A DNA stretch of 37,202 nucleotides from Octopus bimaculoides (taxonomy: Eukaryota): NCBI RefSeq assembly GCF_001194135.2, contig NC_069008.1:12381478-12418679 (forward strand). The letters run 5' to 3'. Under the pieces are notes generated by a model. The model was given only the letters and a program-made list of their open reading frames with translations, was not told where the DNA came from and did not search any database. Position 1 is the first letter of the stretch, and each line of letters begins with the position of its first letter. Positions 12,836 to 26,041 of this stretch are shown here, in pieces. Made by a program: the position numbers and the translations under genes.

Positions 12836-13063
12836 GGGTGGCACATAAAAGACACCATTTCGAGCGTGGCCGTTTTCGTGCGGGTGACACGTAAAAGCAC
12901 CCACTACACTCTCTGAGTGGTTGATGTTAGGAAGGGCATCCAGCTGTAGAAACTCTGCCAAATTAGATTGGAGCCTGATGTTGCCATCCGGTTTCACCAG
13001 TCCTCAGTCAAATCGTCCAACCCATGCTAGCATGGAAAGCGGACGTTAAACGATGATGATGAT
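12836..13063 (+). mobile_element. family C SINE
   Basis: GGTGGCAC..AAAAG repeats, AGGAAGGGCATCCAGCTGTAGAAAC core and (GAT)n tail. Confidence 0.85.
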
Positions 13064-13794
13064 GTCTGTGTGTGTGTGTGTAATGCATGCGTAAACATGT
13101 ATGTGTGATTATTTGTAACTCCTTGCCTTGACAATGCATGGTGGTTGTAAATGAGTTTTAGTTATACAAGTCTTGTTATTCATTTCTAATTTTGTGTGAA
13201 AACATGTCCTACCATGGGTAGGAATGATGCAAAACTCTATACCCCATGGTACATAGATATGTTCTGTGTTCTCCTCACTATCCAAAGCAAAGGGTTGATT
13301 TTTACATTTCATTCCTCCTGGGCCAGTGAATTCAATACCAGTGACACACTGGTGGAATTATTCCCCTCTACATATTCTTACCACCACTAATATCACACCC
13401 TCCCTATCATAACCATCACCAAGAAGACACTTCACAATATTTGTACTGATTTGTTTGTCATATCCATATGGTTAACCATTGTGAGTTACATCAAACTATT
13501 ACATGTGTATCCTTATTTAATTTTATTTCTTTTTTGTGACACTTGATATGCTGTTTGGTTTTATTTGCTAGAGAGCAGAGGATGTCAGCTTGTCACATGA
13601 CACTTGCTACTTCTGTGTCTGCAATAGCCATATTACAGTGACAATACCGAAATCTGTCATGTAAGATTGGAAGAAAGTTTGGTGTAATTTATTTTCACTT
13701 TAAGCATTGTTGTCAAGTAGCAAGTTTGGTTTTCAAAGTCTTTTCGGAAGAAGACATAGAAAAACCTAGCAAATTATATGGCAAACATAAAAAC

Positions 13795-13945
13795 CGTCAT
13801 CATTGTCATTTAATGTCTGTTTATGCCGGCATGGGTTGGATGGTTTGAACAGGGCTGGTAAGCTGAGCGGCTGCACCAGATTCCAGTCTCATTTAGCATG
13901 ATTTCTCCAACTGGATGCCCTTCTTAATGCCAACCACTCTGCATG
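13795..13945 (-). mobile_element. family C SINE fragment
   Basis: CTGGATGCCCTTCTTAATGCCAACCACTC is the reverse complement of the family core, with a (CAT)n-like tail. Confidence 0.7.
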
Positions 13946-14715
13946 TGCCAGTTGTGTAGCACCAGTATCTGCTATAACTACAATATCACTCAGCGTAATG
14001 GAACTTACTTCTCAAGCACAGCATATTGCCAAAGGCCTCAGTCGTTTGTCATTGCCTATGTGAGGCCCAGTGATCAAAAGGTACTTTTTACATGCCACCA
14101 GCATGGTTATTATTTCCATGACATCAGTCAGACACCGACAACATGTGATCATGAATTGTATATTTCTATTTCTGAGAGTGAAACAATTCTGACAAAAGTT
14201 CCAATCACGATAAAGAAAAAAAGAAAATGAATCTGTACCTGAATATTGTAAGAATTTAAAAACTCTTTTTCTTAGTTATTTTTAAAATTAAGTAATCTAG
14301 GAATTTGCATGATTTTTCTATATTTAAATTTTGTGGTATACTCATTGAATATTAGCTAATAACTCATTTTCTATGCTGAGGTTTAAACAAAATTGTTGAA
14401 TCTATTTTTTAAGTAATATCTATATTTTAAACTGATGTTTCTTCATTATTTCAGAATAACAGATGACATTGGCATCACAGAAGATGCACCTTCAACCCGT
14501 TCCATCTTTTAAAGACTGACTGAAAATGCTGTATGGAAGAGATATCTATCACTGTCTCTTTAAATTCAATGTGAAATTCCAGTGACATATTTGCTCTAAT
14601 TGAGATTAGTAGCAAAACAGTAGAAATAAAATCAAAATAGACATATTTTGATTTGAAAAGGAAAATATATTGCAAAAACGCAGAAACTTAAAGAATTGAT
14701 TTTTTTCCTGAAAAT

Positions 14716-15657
14716 ATGCCTAAAGATACAGGAAAACCATCATGTGACTTTGATACCTGTGAAAAGTCATTCTCCCAGAATGGTAACTTAATTAAACATA
14801 AGCATATTGATACAGGAGAGAAACGATATTGGTGTGATGTCTGTGGTAAATCATTTTCTCAGAATGGAAACCTCACAAAGCACAAACGTATTCATACAGG
14901 AGAAAGGCCATATCAGTGTAATATTTGTGGTAAATCATTCTGTGGAAGTGCTGAGTTCATTACACATAAACGTATTCATACAGGAGAGAAGCCATATCAA
15001 TGTGATATCTGTGATAAATCATTTTCTCAGCAATCTACCCTAACTAAACACAAACGTATTCATACAGGAGAGACACCATATCACTGTGATATTTGTGATA
15101 AATCATTCTCTCAATATTATCACTTAACTTCTCACAAGCGTATTCATACAGGAGAGAAGCCATATTGCTGTAATATTTGTAGTAAATCATTCTCTCAGAA
15201 ATCTACTCTCACTAAACACAAACGTATTCATACAGGAGAGAAGCCATATTGCTGTGATATCTGTAATAAATCATTCTCTCATTGTACTGACTTAACTAGA
15301 CACATACGAATTCATACAGGAGAGAAGCCATATCACTGCAATATTTGTAGTAAAGCATTCTCTGAATGTAGTGCTTTAACTTCACATCAACTTATTCACA
15401 CTGGAAAGAAGCCATATTGCTGTAATATCTGTGGTAAATCATTCACTAAAAGTAATGACTTAACTAGACACAAACGAGTCCATACAGGAGAGAAGCCATA
15501 TCTTTGTAATATCTGTAGTAACTCATTCTCTCAAAGTGGTGAGTTAACTGTACACAAACGCATTCATACAGGAGAGAAGCCATATCAGTGTGATATCTGT
15601 GGTAAATCGTTCTCTCGAAATACTACCTTAACCATTCACAAACGAATCCATACATGA
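14716..15657 (+). CDS. poly-C2H2 zinc-finger protein, 313 aa (paralog 2): 10 intact fingers plus 1 degenerate N-terminal finger
   Basis: Open frame of 28-aa C-x2-C-x3-F-x5-L-x2-H-x3-H repeats with TGEKPY linkers. ATG (MPKDT) is conserved in the paralogs and an upstream acceptor TTTCAG lies at 14454. No KRAB, SCAN, BTB or ZAD domain is visible. Confidence 0.9.
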   Translation: MPKDTGKPSCDFDTCEKSFSQNGNLIKHKHIDTGEKRYWCDVCGKSFSQNGNLTKHKRIHTGERPYQCNICGKSFCGSAEFITHKRIHTGEKPYQCDICDKSFSQQSTLTKHKRIHTGETPYHCDICDKSFSQYYHLTSHKRIHTGEKPYCCNICSKSFSQKSTLTKHKRIHTGEKPYCCDICNKSFSHCTDLTRHIRIHTGEKPYHCNICSKAFSECSALTSHQLIHTGKKPYCCNICGKSFTKSNDLTRHKRVHTGEKPYLCNICSNSFSQSGELTVHKRIHTGEKPYQCDICGKSFSRNTTLTIHKRIHT

Positions 15658-16260
<603 letters not shown>

Positions 16261-16399
16261 TTTTAACATTATCATCAAACATTTAAAGTTCCTACTGAAG
16301 TGAGGTGGGCTTAACTTTGTAAATTTTACCCATGACATCAGCCATGCCACTCATGGCTGCCGTTCTGAAGTGGTCAAATTTCATGGTATGAATATCATG

Positions 16400-16608
16400 A
16401 ATAAACACCTATGGCTGTAAAAGTATTCACATTGGAAAGGAGACATAACAGTAGATGACAACAGCCTCTCCACACTGTATTTTATATTAAAAACTTGAGA
16501 TAACTTACCTCTGTGATATTTTTTAATAAGAGCAATTTTCTTTAGATTTGTTTGTTTACTGTGTTGAAACCAATATTGTTATATTTGGGAAGAACCATAA
16601 TTAATAAA
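16400..16608 (+). terminator. candidate polyadenylation signals of paralog 2
   Basis: AATAAA 16400, ATTAAA 16486, AATAAA 16603. All three are conserved in paralog 3. Confidence 0.5.
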
Positions 16609-16879
16609 GCCTATATTTCACTTCTTTATTTCCAAGGCAGTTTATGTTTCCAGAATATTTTTTGCTATATCTATCTATAGCCTTTGAATAATGTAAAAAA
16701 TATTTGGAGGGACATAAGCAATTACTGATGTTGCAAAATAAGTCAAAAAAAAAAAAAAAATAGACAACCAACAAAATGTATACGGTACATGTAACGTTCC
16801 TGGAGACAAGAAAATGTTTTATTCTGACATTGTAGGTGAATACATGAGAAATGTATTCCCAGAGTTCAGTGATAATATG

Positions 16880-17590
16880 TAGCTAGTTTTAAATCACTGA
16901 AAGTGATTCACATGGTAACAGTAAAGATAGTTACCACTTTTACGTGGCTGTTCCATGCAGAACAAGCGTTACTATATTTTAACCCCAAGAAAACATCTTT
17001 TCACACTGGTTATCGACACGCAACATGTGTCCGGTTCGTTGTGAGCAAGGGAGCGAACCACTCCCACTCCAGTAATGCAAAACCAGTATACCGGTTTCAG
17101 GGTTCCTTCTTGTCCTCAGTACTGGATGTTTGCCTGCTAGCCAGTGGGAAATGGTGTTTTCCTGGGGTTAAAATATAGTAACATTTGTTCTCAATGGTAC
17201 AGTCATGTAAAAGTGATAACAGCCTTTACTGCTTTGTACTGTTATGGGAATCTCTTTTAGAGATTTAAAACCAGTTACTTTTGCTTGTTGCAAGATCGAC
17301 GACTTAGTCACAAAGAAGTGACCAAGTCACTTTGTGTATATATTGTGAGCAAGGACAAATAGCTGCCATCTCTAGCAGACACATATCCGGTACTGAGGAT
17401 GAGAAGAAATCTTGAACCCGGTCTACTGGTTTTGTTTTGCTGGAGCAGGAGCGGTTCGCTACTTTGCTCATAATAAAACAGACACAGGCCATGTGTCGAT
17501 ACCCAGCAGGAAAACATCTTTTCCTGGGGTTAAAATATAGTAACGCTTGTTCTGCATGGAACACTCACGTAAAAGTGGTAACAGCCTTTA
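16880..17590. mobile_element. composite MITE insertion (complete MITE 16919-17231 plus a partial inverted copy ~17375-17590)
   Basis: ~75-bp TIRs starting CAGTAAAG and ~220-bp inverted arms. Flanked by GTGATAATATG at 16869 and 17591, which is single-copy at the paralogous site 25621. Confidence 0.7.
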
Positions 17591-18004
17591 GTGATAATAT
17601 GACTATTCAGTTATTTTTTTTAGTATTAAACACACATTATGAAAGGAGATATTTTGTCCCACCATAAAAGGATAGGTCAAATTCTAAACAAAGATTGACC
17701 TTTCTGTGACCAGCAAGGTACTTGAAGTTCAAGTGTTTGCCATTAATCATCTGGTGTGGAGATGCAAACACCAGGGATTTCTTGCTTCCTTGACAAGCAA
17801 CAAGGGTGTGGATTTGGTTTCAGATCTCTGGTAGGGCCTAATCTGGTCCTACACTACTCACCTGCTACCTGCTAGATAGTTTCTTAAAAAAGAAACGAAC
17901 GATCTAACAAAAAGAATGCTTGCATTACATATATGCATTTCAGGACAAGCAAAGTGAAAACAACGTTGAGAATTGTGAAAGATATTTTGTTGTTAGTGAA
18001 TATC

Positions 18005-18375
18005 AGTCTAATATTCTTTTCCTCTTGCAGAGTTGGGTGTAAAGGATTTGTCTGGGGTGTCTGTTGTTATACATCCTTGATCCATGGCCAAACCAACGTA
18101 AGTTTCTATCAATGAGGACTTCCATCATAGGAAGCAGGCCAGCACACACTAGAATCTCTTCCTTCCCGATCTTGACAAAAAGAGTAATATTCGTGATTTT
18201 TCGTAGCTGTCTCATCATATAAGCATGTAACTTGTCTGCTTGAGCTTTATAGACCGGCCAGATTTCACTCCATACAGCACAGAAGAAAACACTATAGCCT
18301 GGTACATCTTACAAAGCATTGTATGGTTTACCGAGTACACCATCGTTTGCAAAGAACTGAGAGAAAAGGGCTCTG
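18005..18375 (-). mobile_element. RTE-clade LINE remnant (paralog of 4712-5190)
   Basis: KMYQAIVFSSVLYG, MMRQLRKITNIT and RNLRWFGH...RHPRQILYTQLCK, with frameshifts. Confidence 0.85.
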
Positions 18376-18420
18376 AGGAGAGTGATCTCCCGTAAATTGT
18401 GTAGGCAAACAAGTGGGGAA

Positions 18421-18671
18421 CGCATGCGTATTAAGCGTGCTACCTTAAAATTGTTCATGAAAGAAACGCATGCGCACTAAACTAACTTCCGTTTCTTTCT
18501 TCATTTTCAATTTTTTGTCTGCTTTATGAATTCCTTTTCATCAAGTACCGTGCACAGTTACTAACCCTCACACACTGTTATAAGACATTTCCCCATAAAT
18601 CTATACAGTTATAGTACATTTCATAACTACCACACACACGCAGTTGTAACGACACTATCCTCTCCGTAAGT
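18421..18671 (+). promoter_or_regulatory. putative promoter and non-coding exon 1 of paralog 3
   Basis: CGCATGCG 18421, CGCATGCGCA 18467, CTTCCG 18486, donor GTAAGT 18666. Confidence 0.6.
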
Positions 18672-18909
18672 ATTCAACAATGAAAATATTTCACCTTTTA
18701 ATATTGTAGTTGTTCGTTTTTTGACGCGTCGATTCTTTGTGTCTGTTGTATCTTTTATGCATGAAACATGTCTGGTTTGTGCGTGATTTGGCTGCTATTT
18801 CTTGCTCAGAAACCTACTTTGTTGCCTGTCCATCGTTGCTACGTTAGTTTGTTGTGTGATTTAGTTTGAAAAATATTTTCTATCACGCTTCACTGATTTT
18901 ATTATAACG

Positions 18910-19118
18910 TAGTTTCAAATTTTGTCACAAGGCCAGCAATTTAGCTGGTGTCGATTACATCAATTTCAGTGCTTAACTGGTACTTATTTTATCGACCCCG
19001 AAAAGATGAAATGCAAATTCAACTTCGGCGGAGTTTGAACTAAAAACGTAAATACGCTCGAAATGTTGCTAAGCATTTTGCCTGGCATGCTAATGATTCT
19101 GCCAGTTCGCAGCCTTAA
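18910..19118 (-). mobile_element. family A SINE
   Basis: Reverse complement gives AAGGCTGCGAACTGGCAGAATC head and GAGTTCAAACTCC-like B-box. Confidence 0.8.
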
Positions 19119-19554
19119 TGCTTTATTATAGGTCATCGAATGTTTTGTTTTGTTTTTCATGGTAGAACTGCAGATATTCCCCAACTAACATTGCCAGAAC
19201 CCCCTCATTTGTTTCGGCGTAACTTTCTGAAAGAAAGAGATATTATAAATACGCTTCAGAGAGGGATTATTTCGATTATATTGGAATCTAATGTGAAAAG
19301 AAAAATTGCTTTGGTGAGATGGCGTAGGAGAATGATTTCAGGCATCTCGACTTTGTTTCCTCATCTGTTTTAATGATTCCTATTAAAATCATGTTGAAGA
19401 AAAGAAATGGCGATCTTTAGTTTTAGTTTCAGGGTTAATAATTGTTTCAAGTGTTGACACAAGGCCAGGAGTTTTGAGGGGAGAAGGAAGTCAATTACTT
19501 CGACCCCAGCATTTGATTGGTACTACTTTATCGCCTTGTAGCCATAACAGAGGT

Positions 19555-19865
19555 ACAAGCATAGCTGTGTGGTAAGAAGTTTGCTTTCCAACCATATGGT
19601 TCCATGTTCAGTCCCTTCTACAATAGCCTTAGGCCGACCGAAGCCTTGTGGATGGATTTATTGAAAGAAACTGAAAGAAGCCTATCGTATATGTGTTTGT
19701 CTGTTCCACACCACCACTTGACAACTGGTGTCGGTTTGTTTACACCCTAGTTCCCTAGCCCTTTGGCAAAAAGTCCAATAAAATACTAAGGTTCATTTCT
19801 TTGCCTCTCCCCTTCAGGGCAATACTTCAGCTTGGGTTGCAGTCTAATGACTGATGCCAAGTAAA
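19555..19865 (+). mobile_element. family B SINE
   Basis: GCTGTGTGGTAAGAAGTTTGCTTTCCAACCATATGGTTCC...GAAACTGAAAGAAGCC. Confidence 0.75.
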
Positions 19866-20100
19866 ATGTGTGTATCTATCTATCTATCTATATATATATA
19901 TATATATATATATAGCAATAAGAAAATGGAGGAGAATATGCAGTATCCATCAACTTGCAGACAGTGCATTCCATTGAATTTATTTATTTATTTTGTAACT
20001 AAAATTACAAAAACCACAATATACAGATGCTTATGACATACCATGTCATATTAACAATTAAGGTTACAAATATAAAGTACATTTAGCAATTGGAGAATAT

Positions 20101-20232
20101 ACAGAAACTTACAGCTGTTTCGGCCTAGCGTTGGCATGCCCCATTCTATGCCGATAGCTCCTGCGTGCTGGAGTAATTAGCAGATGAAATGGGGGTACAT
20201 GCATGATTCGCTAGGCCTCTTCAGAGGATTCA
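20101..20232 (-). ncRNA. type I hammerhead ribozyme with extended stem II
   Basis: Minus strand reads GAAUCCU-CUGAAGA-GGCCUAGCG-(long hairpin)-CGCUAGGCC-GAAA-CAGCUG-UA^AGUUUC. Core intact, 9-bp perfect stem II, palindromic stem III ACAGCUGU, GUA cleavage triplet, imperfect stem I. Confidence 0.75.
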
Positions 20233-20672
20233 CAAAAATTCAACACAAATATAAAATAAAAAATAAAAATAAAAATAGAAATTAAAATAAGAATAAAGTA
20301 AAAATAAAAATAAAAATGAATGAAAATATAAACATATAAGGCACATAAAAAGCCTACAAACAGTATATAAGACCATACAAATAGTTTTAGACACTCCAAT
20401 ACACCTGTACCTGTGTACATAACCATACTTAGATATCTATGGATTCAAAAGCATATATAGATGAGCACATATGTACTCATTGTTTCAGTCTTTTGACTGT
20501 GGCCATGCTGGAGCACTGCTTTATAAATTTGATTTACAAATATTTTTGAAAAACTTACCTCATTTCTATTTTTAATTTTACCTGTAAGATGTGACAAAAT
20601 TTTTAATTTGGATTGTAAATCATTATTGTATGTGTGTGTGTGGGGGGGTTATTTCAGTTAGTTGGTGACATG

Positions 20673-21257
20673 TATCAAGTCATCCCATAAATAATGTCTG
20701 GATTTTAAATAAGGAAAACAATCCAATGTCTATGATGCTTAACATTTTGATAAAAGACCCATTTCGTATCACCGGTCACCAGTCTGTCCAAAAAGGATGA
20801 GATGGGTTCACAAGAATGAATTGAAGAGCAGATGTCCACTCAGGGTTAGCTGTTGGCTTCACACAAACCATGAGGCTCCTGTTATCCAAGTTTTGGATGA
20901 TCTTTTTCAAGTTCTGCTAAAAGGAGCTTGTCACCAAACTTCTGAATTTTACAAACCATCTTCTGCAAATTCTCTCATTCAGGCACTCCATAAGATGAGT
21001 GAATATTGTGAGTCGTTCCATCAGCAGATTTCCAGCATTATGTGCCTCAAATGCTCCTTAGATACTTCCATGTTTGAAGTGCTTATAATAAGTGCAATTT
21101 CAATTAGATTATCCTGCAAAATGAAATTTGATTAGTTTAAATAAATCCAATTACATATAAATGTTACTTGATGCCATTAGACATTCTAAAATGCTGTTAA
21201 AGTGTTTACAAATTGAAAATATAGAAGTTCAGACACAACTTATGGGATGATTGAATA
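20673..21257 (-). mobile_element. internally deleted Tc1/mariner element
   Basis: Peptides MEVSKEHLRHIML (ATG 21071), CLNERICRRWFVKFRS and FLDRLVTGDTKWVFYQNVKHHRHW (TGDEKW motif). TIRs TATCAAGTCATCCCATAA...GTCTG and TATTCAATCATCCCATAA...GTCTG with TA ends. Confidence 0.88.
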
Positions 21258-21744
21258 TTTCATTTCTAAGTTTTCTTCATAGACAAAGCCCAGTATTTCA
21301 TTTTGTCTTACCTTTATGGTACACCTGTCTTATGTGCATTAAGCTCAACTGATAAGTATCCAGTAATTTCCACAATTCTTCTACATTTAAATTTTGTGGT
21401 ATACTCCTTTTTTATACTGATATTTAAACAAAATTTAGATAATTTTATATTTTGCTGAATTTAGCTGTATTTACCTGTAATTAGATTTGCTTTAAGACAA
21501 AAATTTTGAAATAGATTTTAGTTTAGAGCATTTTGTTGAAATCTATTCTAAAAATGCCATGACTATGTTCATAAATTAAAAAATTGTGGTTGTTTTATGA
21601 AACCAGTGTAAATTCATGATTATTTTCAAATTTAATTGAATCATACAATGTTAGCAATATGTGTAATAAAGGGGTTAAAAATTGAGGCCTATATTGTATA
21701 ACATAGTCTACTAGATATATAGTGCTACTAAGAAAGATAGGATG

Positions 21745-21960
21745 TGCTACGGCACCTATGCTGGTGCCATGCAAGAAGCACCTGTGCTGGTGTCTTATAA
21801 CAAGCACATGTGCTGATACCTCAGCCTAGTACTCAGGTAGCTGACATCAGAAAGGACATCCAGCCATAGAAACCATGCCATAACAGACACATTAGAAAAT
21901 AGTGCAGCACTCCAGCTCGCCAGCATGGGAAATGTGTTCTGTTATGGTGATGATGATGAT
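21745..21960 (+). mobile_element. diverged family C SINE
   Basis: GCACCTATGCTGGTG repeats, AGAAAGGACATCCAGCCATAGAAACC core and (GAT)n tail. Confidence 0.6.
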
Positions 21961-22684
21961 TTTGGATAGAATGTGTTTAATCATGTTTGCTCAGTCAAAC
22001 CTGACCTGGGACTGAATAACCATGTCAAATTATATTTCTGGAGAGAAATATTGTCTACTATTTTGTAGTTTGTTAACAAAATGTGAAGGGATAGCTCTTG
22101 TTTGCAAATGTGTATGCTTCACACAAAATTCTGTTTTGTAAATATTAGTAAATTAAAATGTTCAGTTGTTAAGGTGAATATTTGTTCCTGTTATTAATCT
22201 CCATAGAAATGTTATAAATTTCTCACAATTTAATTTCTGTTTTTCAAGTAGCCTCTATATTTTTATTTTAAGCCGATGTTTCTTCCCTATTTCAGAATAA
22301 CAAATGTTACTGGCATAATGGAAGATGCACTTACAACCTATTCCATCTTTTAAAGACTGAATGTAAATGTTATTTGGAAGAGATATCTATCACTGTTTCT
22401 ATGAATTCATTGTAAAATTCCAATGAACTATTTGCTCCGAACTGAGATTATTTGCAAAATTTCTGTATCATAATCTGGAGTGTATGCGAAATGATTTTGT
22501 ATGCTAATTGGATAAATTTGCATAGGAGTTTTTAGATAAAGGCAGAAAAAGAGCAACTGAAAAAAATGGCTAACAATAAACAAGAGAAACAAAATCAACA
22601 AGAAATATATAGAAATATATTGACTTGAGATGGAAAATATTGCGCAAACGTCAAAAACTTGAATTGATTTTTTTCCCTGAAGAC

Positions 22685-23641
22685 ATGCCTAAAGATACAA
22701 GAAAACTATCATGTGACTTTAATATCTGTGAAAAGTCATTCTCCCAGAAGAGTCACCTAATTAAACATAAGCGTATTCATACAGGAGAGAAACCATATTG
22801 CTGTGAAATCTGTGGTATATCATTCTCGCAGAGTGCACATCTAACTACACACAAACGTGTTCATACAGGAGAGAAGCCATATCAGTGTAATATCTGTGGT
22901 AAATCGTTCTCTCAGAATGGAAGCCTTACTAAACACAAACGTATTCATACAGGAGAGAAGCCATATCACTGTAATATCTGTGGTAAATCATTCTGTGGAA
23001 GTGATCAGTTAACTACACACCAACGTATTCATACAGGAGAGAAGCCATATCATTGTGCTATTTGTGGTAAATCGTTCACTCGAGGTAGTGCTTTTTATTT
23101 TCACAAGCGAATTCATACAGGAGAGAAACCATATTGCTGTGATATCTGTGGTAAATCATTCTCTGTACAAAGTATATTAAGATCTCACCAACGTGTTCAT
23201 ACCGGAGAGAAGCCATATCATTGTGATATCTGTGGCAAATCATTCTCTCAGAATGGAAGCCTAACTACACACAAACGTATTCATACAGGAGAGGCAGCAA
23301 ATCACTGTGGTATTTGTGGTAAATCATTCTCTCAATTTCAGTATCTAACTTCTCATAAGCGTATTCATACAGGAGAAAAGCCATATCGCTGTGATATCTG
23401 TGGTAAATCATACTCTATACATAGCAGCTTAGCATTTCACCACCGTTTACATACTGGAGAAAGGCCATATCAATGTGGTATTTGTGGTAAATCATTCTCT
23501 GGAAGTAGTGTTTTAAATTCTCACAAGCGAAGTCATACAGGAGAGAAGCCGTATCACTGTAATATCTGTGGTAAATCATTCTCTCAGAATTCTACCCTAA
23601 CTAAACACAAACGTATTCATTCAGGAGAGATATCACTGTAA
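22685..23641 (+). CDS. poly-C2H2 zinc-finger protein, 318 aa (paralog 3): 11 fingers, the first of C-x4-C type
   Basis: Intact finger repeats with TGEKPY linkers. ATG at 22685 (MPKDT) is homologous to 14716, whereas the track's 22625 start is TTG. The ORF ends through a 5-bp deletion in the linker (GGAGAGA^TATCACTGTAA). Acceptor at 22295. Confidence 0.9.
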   Translation: MPKDTRKLSCDFNICEKSFSQKSHLIKHKRIHTGEKPYCCEICGISFSQSAHLTTHKRVHTGEKPYQCNICGKSFSQNGSLTKHKRIHTGEKPYHCNICGKSFCGSDQLTTHQRIHTGEKPYHCAICGKSFTRGSAFYFHKRIHTGEKPYCCDICGKSFSVQSILRSHQRVHTGEKPYHCDICGKSFSQNGSLTTHKRIHTGEAANHCGICGKSFSQFQYLTSHKRIHTGEKPYRCDICGKSYSIHSSLAFHHRLHTGERPYQCGICGKSFSGSSVLNSHKRSHTGEKPYHCNICGKSFSQNSTLTKHKRIHSGEISL

Positions 23642-24670
<1,029 letters not shown>

Positions 24671-24879
24671 TCTTAGCATCATCATCAAATATTTTAAGTT
24701 CTTCCTGAAGTGAGGTGGGTTTAGCTTTGTGAACTTTACCTATGACATATACCAAACCACTCGGCATAGCTGCCTTTCTGAGTTAGTCTTTTACAGCTGG
24801 TTGAATTTTTAATTATGCCAACCTCTTATAGCATGAACGGATATGGTTTACTGTCAAATTTCTTTGAATGAAGATCAGG

Positions 24880-25104
24880 AATAAACACCCTCATCTATAA
24901 CTGTAAATGTATTCACATTGGAAAGGAGACATAACATGTGTGTCAACAGTCTCCCTACACTGTATTTTATATTAAAACACATAAACACTTGGGATAACTT
25001 ACCTCTGCAACATTTTTCATAAAAGCAATTTTCTCTGGATTGTGAATGTGTTTACTGTGTAGAAACCAATATTGTTATATTTGGGAAGAGTCATAATTAA
25101 TAAA
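24880..25104 (+). terminator. candidate polyadenylation signals of paralog 3
   Basis: AATAAA 24880, ATTAAA 24971, AATAAA 25099. Confidence 0.5.
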
Positions 25105-25362
25105 ACCTATAAACACACTTACTGGTTACTGTTTTCCTGTACGCCACTTCTTCAATTTGCAAGGCATTTGACATTCGTTTATTTCTCCAGCATATTTTTT
25201 GCTATATCAATCTGTAGCCTTTTGAATAATGTGAAAAATATTTGGAGGGGACATAAGCAATTACTGATATAAAAGAAGTGAAAAATAGACAAAGAACCGA
25301 ATTTATACACAGCATAAAACATTTTTGGAGGCAAGAAAGTTATTTCTTTTGGCATTCTAGGT

Positions 25363-25581
25363 CAGGGATGGGCAAGTTTCTGTCAACTGAAGGTCGCATC
25401 ATACCATTTCCAAATGCAAGAGGGCTGCATGATAAAACACAAATGCATGAAATATTACTTGCCCACTTTACACTGAATTTTTTGCAGTTCTTCTTAATTT
25501 TATTTGTCTCAGTATGAAATTAGCAACTTAGAAACTTGTCAAGGGTCGCATGCGACCCAGGGGTTGCAGGTTGCCCATGCA
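25363..25581. mobile_element. hAT (Charlie-like) MITE
   Basis: CAGGGATGGGCAA...GTTGCCCATGC ends, subterminal GGGTCGCATGCGACCC palindrome and TCTAG-containing flanks. Absent from the paralogous flank near 16830. Confidence 0.7.
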
Positions 25582-25734
25582 TCTAGGAAAATTACATGAG
25601 GAGTGTATTCCTAGAGATCAGTGATAATATGACTGAACAATTACTGTCTTAGCATTCAATATGCAAATTATAAAAGATAATTCCACACATTGTAAAAAGG
25701 TATATATACATACACATCTATATATGTGAGCAAA

Positions 25735-26041
25735 GACATTTGAGTGAGATCGTTGCCAGTGCCGCGGGACTGGTTCCTGTGCAGGTGGCACGTAAAATAC
25801 ACCATTTTGAGTATGGCTGTTGCCAGTACCGCGTGACTGGCCTTCGTACTGGTGGCACGTAAAAGTACTCGCTATGCTCTTGGAGTGGTTGGCGTTAGGA
25901 AGGGCATCCAGCTGTAGAAACTCTGCCAAATCAGATTGGAGCCTGGTGTAGCCATCTGGTTCACCAGTCCTCAGTCAAATCGTCCAACCCATGCTAGCAT
26001 GGGAAGCGGACGTTAAACGACGACAATGATGATGATGATGA
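25735..26041 (+). mobile_element. family C SINE
   Basis: Two ~65-bp GTTGCCAGT...GGTGGCACGTAAAA units, the family core and a (GAT)n tail. Confidence 0.85.

Noticed and set aside
20797-21135. 112-aa + strand ORF
   Set aside because: It is the antisense shadow of the degenerate mariner transposase.
22625-22684. TTG-initiated N-terminal extension of paralog 3
   Set aside because: The ATG at 22685 matches the paralog 2 start. The extension is not open in paralog 2.
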